Shown piece by piece: positions 52,523 through 64,000 of a DNA stretch of 64,000 nt. Source of the DNA: Azolla caroliniana. Lineage: Eukaryota; Plantae; Polypodiophyta. The DNA lies in the NCBI GenBank assembly GCA_043228905.1, contig JBHGNT010000018.1:16988001-17052000 (forward strand), in the 5' to 3' direction. How positions within the stretch are numbered: the stretch's first letter is position 1; every line of letters starts with the position of its first letter. The notes under the pieces are model-generated. The model saw nothing but the letters and a program-made list of their open reading frames with translations. It had not been told where the DNA came from and ran no database searches. A program made the position numbers and the translations under genes.

Positions 52523-53179
52523 ATACCTGGGAAACCGCTCACACCTCTTTCCTTGTTTGCACCTCAAGCTCTGATACCAGTTTGTTGAGTAATCGTTTGG
52601 TCAAATCACAATGAACGAATTGTGCTGAAATACGAATCACAGGTATGCCAGAAAAATAGGACAACAATGGTGCATAGGGATTTAACGTGGAAACCCTAAA
52701 GCGGGATAAAAGCATGGGAACAGAGCTTCACTATGTATAGTGGATATACAACACTCCCTCAAGTGTATCAATCACGTAGGGCTCTTGGCGTCTGTTGTTA
52801 TGCACACAGCTATGGCGCCGCTCTCACTCACTCTCCTATCTCAAGCTCTCACGCTACTTCTGTTCTACAAAAAATGTATCCCACTCACATTTTTTCCCTA
52901 ACTGTATTTATACTTATACACTGTATGGGCTATTTACAAATGTAGCCTCTGCTACGTATCATTATTATTATTGCTATAGTAATAATAATAGTCAAACTAT
53001 CAAACAGTCGACTCACTGTTTTCGACTCTTCGACTGTCGGCTTTCCAAACTATTGGATCTCCCCTGTCGTCGACTATCAGCACTCCTTGGTCCGATCAGT
53101 CGGCTCCCCGTAGTCATCAACTGTCAGCAACTTCTAGACAGTCGGTTCCTCCTCCCACTGGAGGGACATATTCCCAACA

Positions 53180-53472
53180 GTTTTTGTGTCTTTTTTGTTG
53201 AGTTTTGTTTTTTAGGAAACATCATATTCCTCGCTTTCTCATAGTACTCTAACTTGTTTATAGTCGAACTTTGGTGTATTAGATTTATATTTGATAGTGG
53301 ATTATTTCTGGACTAGGTCCCGTGGTTTTTACCTCTTTGAGAGTTTTTCACGCTAAAATTTGTGGTATATTGTGCATAGAGTTTGTTGTGTATCTTTCTT
53401 GTTTTCTTTTAAATCTTACACAACATATTTCTGTTTTACATAAGTGTTTAAGTGCTATTAAGTTTCGGATGA
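53180..53472 (+). mobile_element. Remainder of Copia W 3' LTR
   Basis: Reverse complement of 30288-30580. Confidence 0.9.
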
Positions 53473-53902
53473 GCTTCCTCCTCACGATAGCGTCCTTGGC
53501 TAGAAGGGATTCACATTTGTAGCCTTCTCGAGAGGAGACTTCCTTGTGAATTAGAAGCCACCTTCTGGAAGGGATGAGTATCCTTCACCTTCAAATTTGG
53601 CTTTAACATCAAAGGAGCCACCCTTAGAGTGCCAATCGGTGAGATGATCCCCCACTTCATATGCGGCCACAAGAGTCATTACAGTTTGCTGACGAGGCTT
53701 GTTTTGAGCCCTTCCTTCAATCGATTTGTAAATGCAAAGAAACGATCTTGTTCTCCCATGGAGCGAATCTACGAGATAAGAGCACGAAACGATTTAATAT
53801 AATCCTTGATAGGAGCCGTGTGACGAAGTAGGTCAATGTCGAGCCAAGTGCTTGTTTAGAGCTCCCTTCATTTCTTCCCATGTGTTCATGGACATGGGTT
53901 CC
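53473..53902 (-). mobile_element. Gypsy gag fragment, probably element T (host of W)
   Basis: Gag-like TWEEMK..IKDYIKSF. GCTTC at 53473-53477 mirrors GAAGC at 30806-30810. Confidence 0.6.
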
Positions 53903-54331
53903 TTTCGTAGGGGAAAAGAGAGAGAGAGAACAAAGTCTTAATTACAAAATCAATAACGATTACAACCGGCAAGTCGGCAACGGACCTGACTGAGGCGAAC
54001 ACACACACACACAATGCTCACGCACGCACACAACCGACTGCACCGTGGAACCTCTGCCGGAAGCACACGGGTTGTCCACGAATCAGAGGCAACTCAGTCC
54101 CAAAATCCTGTAGAGAATGACGAATGATGGAGGAGAGAGCTCGGTCCCAATCCAACAACACTTCCTCCTCGCCCCCGAAACGTAATCCTTCATCTTCCTT
54201 CTTCCTTCCCTTTTATAGGCCGTCGAGGCAGGCCATTGCACCCTCGTTTTCATCAATTTATTCTCTATCCTTTCGGGCAGAGATACTCCTTCATTTCCTA
54301 GACATCCAACTATTGGGAGAGAGGTCCCTCT

Positions 54332-54600
54332 GGATGGTGAAGGCCCGGAGAACTGGATGAGGAGTACCCGGCAACGGAAGACCCGGTGAGAACCGGATGA
54401 GGAGTACCCGGCTACGGAAGACCCGGTAAGAGCCGGATGGTGAAGACCCGGTGAGAACCGGATGTGGAGTACCCGGCAACGGAAGACCCGATGAGAACCG
54501 GATGTGGTGTACCTGGCAACGGAAGACCCGGTGAGAACCGGATGAGGAGTACCCGGCAAGAGCCGGATGATGCAGGCCCGGTGAGGAGTGCTCACCGGAT
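54332..54600. repeat. GC-rich 40-bp minisatellite (~5 units plus partials) inside an LTR-like segment (~53904-54620)
   Basis: gagaaccggatgaggagtacccggcaacggaagacccggt at 54348, 54388, 54453, 54493 and 54533. Confidence 0.85.
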
Positions 54601-54619
54601 GAAGGGACATATTCGTAAA

Positions 54620-54756
54620 TATGTTTCTGAGAGTCCATTGGGGCTATATTTGTAAATAGCCAAAAAGTCATATTATTATAAATATGACTTAGGGCAAACT
54701 TAGTGTAGAGTTGTTGTCATTCTTGTTGGTGCAAGAAGAGTGAGCGCGTAACAGTG

Positions 54757-54799
<43 letters not shown>

Positions 54800-57300
54800 G
54801 TTGTTGCCTTTGTTGTAACCGCCACTTGTGGCGAAGATCGTGAGCACGAGGTCGTTGCCTCCGTGAGCTCACTGTTGTAATCCTTGTGATATAGTGATAG
54901 TTTGGAGTCTGTGGACTCCCGTGGTTTTTCCCTCTCAGGGTTTTCCACGTTAAACATCTTGTGCACTCTTCTCTCCTTTTGTGTCGTGCGTTTCATTATC
55001 CATTTTCTGTGTTTGAACTTAGACTCGGTTGTGGCTGAGCGTTGTTCATCGAGAGTGTGTGTTCTTGTCACCAACGCATCTCATCTAGTCTATTTACACC
55101 CACCATCCTACTCCTAGTTATGTACAAGGTATTAACCGGTGTGGAAAAGTGTAGGGTCGGTTCACTCGCCCTACTTTGCTGATTCCGCTTCGGGCCGGTT
55201 TTCTTCACGACAATGGTGCCGTTAGGATCCCACACGATTTCAACAATCTCTATACATCAGTTACGTGAGGATGGAAGGAAGGAAGACGTGGAATTTGAAA
55301 CCAATACCAGTTCTGAGAGCACACCTACCGAAGCTGATCGAGCTCTTAAAGGAGAAGGTGAATATGGGAATTCTAGAACCTTCGAATGCTCCTTATTCTA
55401 ATAGGTGGTTCACGGTGCCAAAGAAGAATGGATCATTGCGATTCATCCAAGATCTTCAACCCGTCAACAAGGTGACAATTCGAAATGCTGGAATCGGTCC
55501 GAGCGTGGACGAATTTGCCGAGGCGTTTGCGGGCCGGTCCATCTACTCCATTGGTGATCTCTACTCCGGATATGACCAATTCTAATTGGCGATCGACAGT
55601 CGTGACATTACAACCATGAGGACTCCGATCGGGCTCGTGCGGATGTGTACCTTACCTCAAGGTGCAACGAACTCAGTGGCTCATATGGTGAATGCCATGA
55701 ACAAGTTCTTAAAGGATTGCATCCCGGACATCACGATGCCATTCTTGGATGATATTCCAATAAAAGGATGTTCGGATGAAGAGAAGACTGAATCAAAAGA
55801 TAAGGAAGGATGTAGAAAATTCGTCGCAGATCATATGAAAGATTGCGAGAAGGTGCTCCAAAGGCTCGAAGGCGTGAATTTGACATTTTCGGAGGAGGCC
55901 CTACGAATCCGAAAGAAAGCTTACCAAATACTTCTTGAAGGGAGGATTCCTTTGATGACACCCAAAAAGAAGGACAGGAATACCACGACGAGTGGTGGTG
56001 AAGAAAGAAGAGCAAGTGACGCTAATGACCGAATTCCACGAGAGTGCTTGGGCAGGTCATAGAGGAACATGGGTGATGTTCGAAAAGTTGAAGGAAAAGT
56101 ACTGGTGGCCAAGTATGTACAAAGATGTACTCCATTTCGTGTCCACATGCGAAACTTGCCATGTACATTCCAACATCCGTCATCGTGATGAGCTACAACC
56201 GACATACCCGCTCACCATACACTTCAAATGGATGGTTGATCTAGTCTCAATGCCAATGGGAGTGGGACAAATGAAGTACTTAGTGTTAGCAAGAGAAAAC
56301 TTGACAAATCAAGTGGAAGGGTGAGTTTGACAAATAAGACGACATCAGTTGTTTGCAAATTTCTACTTGAAGAGGTTGTCTGCCGATACGGATGTGTGGG
56401 GAAGATAGTCACCGACCAAGGGGAGTTGGATGCACACGAAGCAACGGAGCTTTTCGAACGATTAGGCGTGAAGCTCTCCCTCACAACTGCCTACAATCCA
56501 AAAGCGAATGGGAAGATCGAATGAGGGCATGGAGCCATCGTCAAAGCCATCGTACTACCATGCAACGGTCGAGTTGGGAATTGGCCACAACTATTGCCCT
56601 ATGCCTTGTGGGCTAACAGAACAACACACAGCTCGGTGACAAGGTATATGCCAATAGAGCTTATGTATGGACAAAAGCCGGTGATGCCCATCGAAAGGGC
56701 GATCGCCTCATGGGTAGCGATACCATGGGAGAACGAGATGAGCCGAGAAGAATTATTAGCGACACGGATAAGGCAACTTGAAAGGAGACCTGAAGATCTA
56801 GAACATGCGCGAAAAATGATGGAGGCTGCCCGAGCGAAGAACAAAATTCGGTTTGACAAGATGCATCGACTGCGTCCCAAGAAGATCGAAGAAGGAGATT
56901 GGGTATTGGTCTACGACAGCAGCCTTGACAATCAACATAGTACAACAAGAAAGTTCGCAAGAAGATGGTTCAGACCGTATGTGGTGATAAGTGCCAACGA
57001 CAATGCCACATACCACCTTGCTGAGCTAGATGGATCAAGGTTGGCCATACCCATTGCGGGAAAAAGAGTAAAGGTTTTCAAGAAAAGACAAGACGAGGAT
57101 ACTGACCTCGATCACCTCGACGATGAAGATAGTAGGCCAGAAGTAAATGAGGCCGTGGAGGAGTCATACTGATCACTATTGCCTAAATCTCACTTTCTCT
57201 CTTCTTGGCACGTACTGAAGGATGTGCGGTTTGGTGGGGGTGGATGTCGTGAGGATTTTTGACGATAGTGTAGAAATTGTAAGGAACATTCGAAATCGAG
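54620..57300 (+). mobile_element. Internally deleted non-chromovirus Gypsy S: LTR end (..CACGACA 55212), PBS remnant, RT, integrase, PPT, start of 3' LTR (TGTCGTG 57245)
   Basis: RT motifs YSNRWFTVPKKNG, DLYSGYDQF, LPQGATNSV and FLDD; integrase H..H..C..C and TDQGE. Gag/PR and RNaseH are missing. Confidence 0.8.
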
Positions 57301-57749
57301 TGTGGCTCTTCGCACGAGAAAAACAAAACAATAATCGTGAAGATAATATTTTGAATAAGTTTAATATCTAAGTATAAAAAGATGGAGGTCTTCAAGAGCT
57401 TTCAAATGTGCTTTACCACATAAAAAAAGGACATCTAAGTGACGAGTTATGTGGGAGTGAAGTATGAAAAGGAAGAAGAGAAAAATAAAACTGTGAGATA
57501 TCCCACATAAACAAGACAAACAAGGACCCTACAATATATAAAGTAGAGCAAAAGCTATTATCTTTGTGTCTATATGTGGAGCATAGAGAGTTTAAGGTGA
57601 CTTGAACAAAGTTAATATGATGATTGAGTGTGGCCTAACTATAGGTTTTGGCCAACCGGACCGACGACGGAGGCGTCAACCGGTGACCGACAGTAACGAA
57701 CGGTCGGATAGATATATAAATAAATAAATACATATATATATACACAAGG

Positions 57750-57820
57750 AGTGCAAGTGTGGATTTGAACCTTGCACCTCCAAGTTGAGAGTCTATAGGC
57801 TTACCACTAAACCAAGACAT
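57750..57820 (-). other. tRNA-derived SINE-like head (Pol III A/B boxes)
   Basis: Minus strand reads TGGTTTAGTGG .. GGTTCAAATCC at tRNA-like spacing; no convincing cloverleaf. Confidence 0.55.
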
Positions 57821-58199
57821 TTTCTTAAAATATTATATTTATCATTATACTTGCATCTAAATTCTCATACATGAGACCTTGAATGAGTAGCATGATTCTC
57901 ATGCATCACATGTAACACATGAGCGCCAAATGGCAAGCATGCATCACATACATCATATGCATGAGAGCATTTATATAAGAGGAGATGAAAAGGAGAAAAG
58001 AGGGGTACTTTTTTTTATATATGAATTTAAGAGAAGAAAATTCGTTATCGAATTGATCGAGTAACTTGTTTCTTAAATCTAAAGTCAATTGCTCAATCTT
58101 AATCTCTCTCTTTCACCATATCAATCTCTATCAAATTATCTTAAATACTTTCTCGCTAAAGTTTATGCCAACTTCGAATCCTTTCGGTCCAGAACCCCG

Positions 58200-58798
58200 A
58201 CGGTTTCGCCTCGCGATCCGCGCTTAGTGACGGATCTTCACGACAACGAGGGATTATTAGGGGAACTATTTGGACCCACTGAACATACCACCCAACCACC
58301 CTTTGTCCAGTTTAAGAGGTCGTATTAGCTCATTTTAAATTGATCTCCCCTTTAGGCATCCCTTCCCGATCTTTATGTAGGGGTGCACAAGCATGGCATG
58401 TGAGGGTGCACGACATGCTTGATCACCATTTGGCACACATGTGTTACATGCATCATACCTACATTGTTTACTAAACTTAGTATGTAAATAAAAATATAAT
58501 AAAATAGCTTATTTTAATGGTTTACAATTTATATTTGGTATATAAGGTTGTGGGTTCAAGGATTACAAACCTCAATATAATATTTGTGTTTATTTTATAT
58601 TGTGAAGCAATTGCTTCGTGACAACGCCACAAGCCAATGACTCACACCTTTAGTCATGGGTGTCTTCTCCATCCGTCGAGATGAATTAGAAGCCCACAAC
58701 TCACAATTTGAGTCATGGGCGCCTTCTCTATCCGTTGAGAAGATCCTCACCTTAATCTCTCAAGGTGGTGTTGTGGTTCCGATCACGGAACCCTCAAC
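58200..58798 (+). mobile_element. Partial LTR of the family at 32220-32974
   Basis: Aligns to the reverse complement of ~32270-32900 and ends close to the duplicated FLA upstream region. Confidence 0.65.
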
Positions 58799-58937
58799 AC
58801 ATCGGATGTGTGTTATAGGGGGGATGGGGGAGAGAGAGAGAGAGTGAGTGAGTGAATGAATGAATGTGCCGTGTTATAGGGGGGATGGCAGAGAGAATGA
58901 ATGAATGAATGTGTGTGTGTGTGTGAAGTGGACATGG

Positions 58938-58974
<37 letters not shown>

Positions 58975-59347
58975 AGGGGCGGCAACAACCGAAACACATG
59001 CCAAGTGCAATGTTATGCTACGATGGATGATGAGTATGCATGCATGCATGCGCTCATTACATTAAATGGTGTTTCATGCGAACGGACGTAAGTAACCCCA
59101 CAAAAGAACGAGAGAGAGAGAGAGAGACCATACATACCAGTTACCACACATCTGGACATATGGACAGTCACGTCACTTCTTCTTCTTCTTCTTTGGATGG
59201 ACAAATGGGGCTGGCGGAAGGACATCCTATAAAAGGAAAAGAGCACCCACTATCACTCTCACTGTCAGTGCAATAGGTAGCCACCACCACCACCACCACC
59301 ACCATAACACACGCCACACAAGAAGAAAGAAAGCAGAGTAGGAAGAT

Positions 59348-60478
59348 ATGGCCCCAGCTCGCACTCCCCTCCCATTCTTCGTAGTCGTCGTCTTCTTCTT
59401 CTTCACCCTTGGCCTTAGCCTTAACCTCGCTGCTTCTGTATCCAAGGCAACCCCACCCCCACCCACGCCGGCGCCGGCGCCGCTCTCTGAGGCGGTGGTG
59501 GCACAGGTGGCACAGGCGCTGCAGACGGCTGGGCGTGGGCGTAGTAGTAACACCTACCTCGCCGCCTCCCTCCTCCTACCGCATTACCTCCGCCCCCTCA
59601 CCCGCCCTCGCCTCACCCTCCTCCTCCCCACCGACGCCGTCCTCTTCCTCCACCCCACCACCTCCACCTCCACCTCCACCTCCTCAGCCATTCCCCTCCT
59701 CTCCGCCATGCCTACCTCCCAGCTCCGCTCCCTCGCCCGCTTCCACATGCTCACCACCAACCTCACCTTCGCCAATCTCTTGACTCTCCCCAAAGCCACC
59801 CTCCTCCCCACCCTCCTCGGCGACGCCTACCGCCTCCGCATCGACAGCGCCTCTTCTTCTTCTTCTTCTTCTTCTTCTTCCTCCGCTGCTGCTGCTGCCA
59901 ATTTCCTGATCGAAGGCGCTCACATCATCCACCCCGACATTTGCCCGCCTTCGCTCTCCCACATTGTCACGTGCCATGGCATCGACCGCCTCCTCCTTGC
60001 CTCTTCCTCCTCCGCCTCCTCCGCCCCCGTTACTCCCACTACCCCCAGCAGCATCTCCGTTTCCCCTGCCTCCGCTCCGCTGCCCTTGGCTCCCTCCGCC
60101 GACCTGCTGGACCCACCTTCCCCAGATTCTTCTAGTGCTGCCCCGCCATCTCTTCCGACCACCGCCGCAATTGCGAGATCCTACTCCACTCCATCCACCT
60201 CCCACCATATCGACGCATACGTGGTCGTTAACGGATCCTACGCAGTCTCCGCTCCTCCTCCTCCTCCTCCTCCTCCTTCAAAGAGTGTAGCTGTGACTAC
60301 TTCCACCTCCCTGCCTTCTGCTACAGCTGATGCCATCGGAAGCATTGCGGCGTTCAGCCCCGCCCCTGCTCCCCTCACGGCCTCCTCTGCCGCCTCAAAT
60401 CGGCTTCCGCTTTCCCAGCTCCTCCTCCTCCTCACGGTGGCCGGCCTGGTGGCCGCCGCCGCCCATACGGCAGCCTGA
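59348..60478 (+). CDS. Fasciclin-like arabinogalactan protein (FLA), copy 2
   Basis: 376-aa ORF nearly identical to 1398-2537, with the same FAS1, signal and GPI-like features. Confidence 0.85.
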   Translation: MAPARTPLPFFVVVVFFFFTLGLSLNLAASVSKATPPPPTPAPAPLSEAVVAQVAQALQTAGRGRSSNTYLAASLLLPHYLRPLTRPRLTLLLPTDAVLFLHPTTSTSTSTSSAIPLLSAMPTSQLRSLARFHMLTTNLTFANLLTLPKATLLPTLLGDAYRLRIDSASSSSSSSSSSSAAAAANFLIEGAHIIHPDICPPSLSHIVTCHGIDRLLLASSSSASSAPVTPTTPSSISVSPASAPLPLAPSADLLDPPSPDSSSAAPPSLPTTAAIARSYSTPSTSHHIDAYVVVNGSYAVSAPPPPPPPPSKSVAVTTSTSLPSATADAIGSIAAFSPAPAPLTASSAASNRLPLSQLLLLLTVAGLVAAAAHTAA

Positions 60479-63091
60479 CAAAAGACACGACCCTCACTGC
60501 TTTTTGCTCATTTTTGCCTTTCGCCTTTTTGCTTTTGCGTGTGTTGTAAGTACACGGAAATATTAGAAGTGTAGAGAGAGAGAGACAGAGAGAGATTAAT
60601 AAAATGATCGTGTGTTATTTCTATCACATGTTGGGTCCCCCTCATGAGTCATGACCATGTCTACAAAGTTTTCTTTAACACTAATTCTTCATTAAGCCAT
60701 AGAGCCATCGAGCTTACTCTCTTTCTTGGATAGTCTCAAGTGTTATTACGCCGCTCCTACCAGAATGAGACGTTACGCTATATCGATGAGACGTTATGTT
60801 ATATCGATTGTATCACGCTTTCTTTTATCCCACTACTCTAAACTCCTCGATAGGCATGGCAATTGAATTTGAGCTCACTGATATTTTGTTAGGAGCTCAT
60901 ATCCGGAGTGATCCACTTTTCCATCAAGGAGACACATTCATTATCCTCCATGGTAGATCGATGGAATCTTGAATCTATTCAATCCATTCCTCTAGATGCT
61001 TGTTAATAGTCTCTCCTTATGTCTCTTGTTAGAGATATAAAATCATACTTAGAACACTTCCAACAAACCTATCACCTTGCACACACCTTGCATCCTTTGT
61101 TTAAATATCTCTTTAACTTGAGTTATATGTCTTCAAGAATGAGACATGGAATTACCACCTTAGGCTTATCATTATACCTAGTCAACTTAAATGAGCTATA
61201 TTCAAAAGGGGTTTCCCAACTTCTTTGAAATATATACCTACCCACAGCTTTGGGATCACCATTATTGTAGTGTTTTGAGTTAAGGTCGCCTTTATGGCCC
61301 CATCTCATAAACTTCTCTAGTTACACATCAATTATTCAAAATAGTGCGGGTAAACGAATCAGAATATGTATAACAATCAATTATTGTTACAAATTCTGCA
61401 TACATATTCAAGATGCATCATAATCCCAAACATGGTGACCTAAAAACAAGTTCTATCTCAAAGCTTGCTTTGATGGTGTCAAAGGCTTTGGTACACTATT
61501 CTATTCACACAAATTTATTCAATAGTCTAGTAAATGGGCACTCTATCCAACCTTTTAAGATATCATTTTAATAACTTACCTTTAATGGTCATTATATCCT
61601 ACAAAGGCGTAGAGTTTACTTGGGTTTCCTGTTGTAGAATCTCTGGTGATGTGATGTGTTCAAAGGAGAATAGTGTTAAACCAACAAAAATATATAGCTC
61701 AATTGGTAAGATCCAACTATTAGGATGATAAGGTGTAATGGTTCACAATGGATGATGAGGCAGGAAAGGTGTACCCAAAATATACAGATGAGTATGTTAT
61801 ACTATATACAACAAAACGAGGAACGTAGTGTGTGGGCATGTTACAAGCAAGTGACTATTTTGCTACATGTGCTCTTAAAACAAATAAAAGGAGAGCTCAT
61901 TGCTAGGGATGAATATTTGGAGAAAGATGCCTAGGCTTTATTCGTGAAACAATTGTTGTGGGATACTGAATCAATATGGTGTGTACGAGTCCTCTGGTGA
62001 CAAGAGGCAATGTGACCATCGATCATACACACTATATTGAAACTCAAGCATCACCACTTCGACACAATTTCTATTTGATATCTCAATTTCTTTATTTCTT
62101 ACACCGCACATGTAATAGGCTTGATATTTGAAAATTGAGTACTAGCATGAGGTGAGAGCAAACAAATTTGATCTTGATGGATTAGAGAATTTATTTTTTG
62201 GTTGAATGATGTGATTTAGTAGATAATAAAGTGTAACAAAATTTGTATCTACTTGAGGAGCGCCATGGAATTTTCAGTTCAAAATTCCGATTTTGAATGG
62301 AAATCTATGTGAAGAACTGTTATTTTCATAAGAGGCGAAACTCCCCAGACTACGAATTCCTAGCATGTCCATCACCATCACAAAAACACTTTGAGACGAT
62401 CAAAATGAAATAGTTGGCGCATAAATTTGAGCTTTGGAGTATATATTATGCTAGAGTCCAACCCACTACCCTGAACCAGAAACTTGGGTGTTCCATCAAC
62501 CAGACGAAACTTTCGTGGATTGAATCACCACCTACAATCCCATCCAACGAGGCTCCAGTTGTAGTAATGACGGAATCTTCTAAACCCTCTCCCACGAAAG
62601 AAGAGAATGAGAGGTTAGGTGTTGCTCACTAATGAGCAACAAAGAAAGGAGACAAAGTTGTCATTGCACAATTCAACAATTGCTATGACACCAACAAAAT
62701 AGCTAGTTTTGTGGTGGTTGTTGACATCATTGAGACTATTACTAACATTAATGTTTGACATTCAGGGTTCCCCCCACCCCCCACTTTCCCCTTTCACACT
62801 CACTTCACGTAAGGACTTGCATGAACAAAGTGAACACCATTTTCCCTACATGTCCCCCAATATACCAATATACATTTACGATATAGACACGCTTAGACAT
62901 CACATCGGCATAAAAATTTATATACTTGCACATCTCTACTTGAACTTACATACTAACACATACTTAAAACATTTACACAAACATAACACACATGTACAAG
63001 GTAAACACATGCATACTTATATAAGTAGACTTATACACTGAATTTGTCCATATATATACATATATATGCTCATATACACATTTCCAGGTAT

Positions 63092-63128
<37 letters not shown>

Positions 63129-64000
63129 CATTGCATGTATGCATACATCCTTGCCCATTAACATGCATATAAACATATACACACTCATATAAGACAAAAT
63201 TACGTGTAAGTACTTTTATATACTTAGACATTCTAAAACCCACCTCTATATTGAAGCACTTGTGTACTTTCATTTGTACATAAAATCACATGCACGCACA
63301 AGCGCACACACATACAATTATGTTATCAAAGTCTATCAATGGTATCTAAAGGAACTTGAAAGGCATTACAATCCATTGTTGCAAGGGTTCCCAAGTCATC
63401 AACTTGTGCAAACCCCATCTTTCATGGTTCACGTTGCCGATGGTCCTACTCACATTTCACAAGCAAGAATGTAAGATCGCAACCACAATAAGGTTGACAT
63501 TTGACATTCACTTCACTTGTGGACATATCAATTTTTGAAAACACACATCATAGTATGACTTCTCCTCCATTCAGAATTGGCAACAAGAGCATGCGTTCAT
63601 GAGATTTCTTAAACACAATTCAAAGTAATTTGTCAAGTGGTCTATCCATGAAGAAATAGAGGAGAGATGATAACCATAGGATCTAGCCAATTTTGTGGTT
63701 TTGAAGTGAATATGTGGTTGGCCAAATGATATTTGCATAGATGTGTATGTACCAAATTTAGTGGCAAATGTTGTCTTGTGTTGGCTCTTCGGTGCCATTA
63801 TGTTCTTTCTAGCTATTGCGAGAGAAGGCCAATAGATTTGTATGCTCTTTTGCCAATAATCCTCTGCAATGGGCCTTCAATATACCAAACTAGGTAGTCA
63901 TATTTGACGATGGCTTTTTTATGATATGGAAATCCACACACATTTGTAATTGAGAAACTTGTGGTGTGATGATCCTATGTGATCAACGATAGACTTTGAT

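Larger units (their letters stand above)
42127..53179 (-). mobile_element. Full-length degenerate Copia V inserted in the 3' LTR of W; LTRs 52583-53179 (5') and 42127-42696 (3'); hosts element U
   Basis: TSD GTTTT at 42122-42126 and 53180-53184. PBS TGGTATCAGAGC at 52568-52579; PPT at 42697-42713. Gag CCHC-like, WVIDSG, integrase, YVDD RT and RNaseH motifs are present. Confidence 0.95.

Noticed and set aside
54332-54600. CRISPR-like repeat array
   Set aside because: Units are head-to-tail with no unique spacers, there are no cas genes, and the context is a eukaryotic LTR region.

Overview
Land-plant nuclear DNA, not prokaryotic. A fern or other seed-free plant is inferred from the Tcn1/Tf2-like chromoviruses and abundant (GA)n. 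The gene-containing left part (1-19.7 kb) holds four genes: a single-exon fasciclin-like arabinogalactan protein (FLA, minus), a 5-exon peroxisomal serine/alanine:glyoxylate aminotransferase (AGT1/SGAT, 401 aa, probably with a GC-AG intron), a 2-exon phytocyanin, and a 6-exon 196-aa Ser/Lys/Arg-rich gene that the ORF track does not assemble. About 39 kb (19.8-58.8 kb) is a degenerate LINE plus a deeply nested LTR-retrotransposon pile (three Copia and five Gypsy elements plus solo or partial LTRs; letter names are mine). An inverted, intact second FLA copy follows at 59.3-60.5 kb. Matching TSDs, LTR pairs and interrupted reading frames indicate a ~15.9-kb inversion (~22.7-38.6 kb) overlapping an older ~1.7-kb inversion/deletion. 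Other highlights: a Tf1-type self-priming signature in the complete chromovirus, antisense tRNA-like Pol III A/B boxes at the start of two different chromovirus LTRs, and a 65-bp templated filler at a deletion junction. All calls come from manual reading; no database searches were run.
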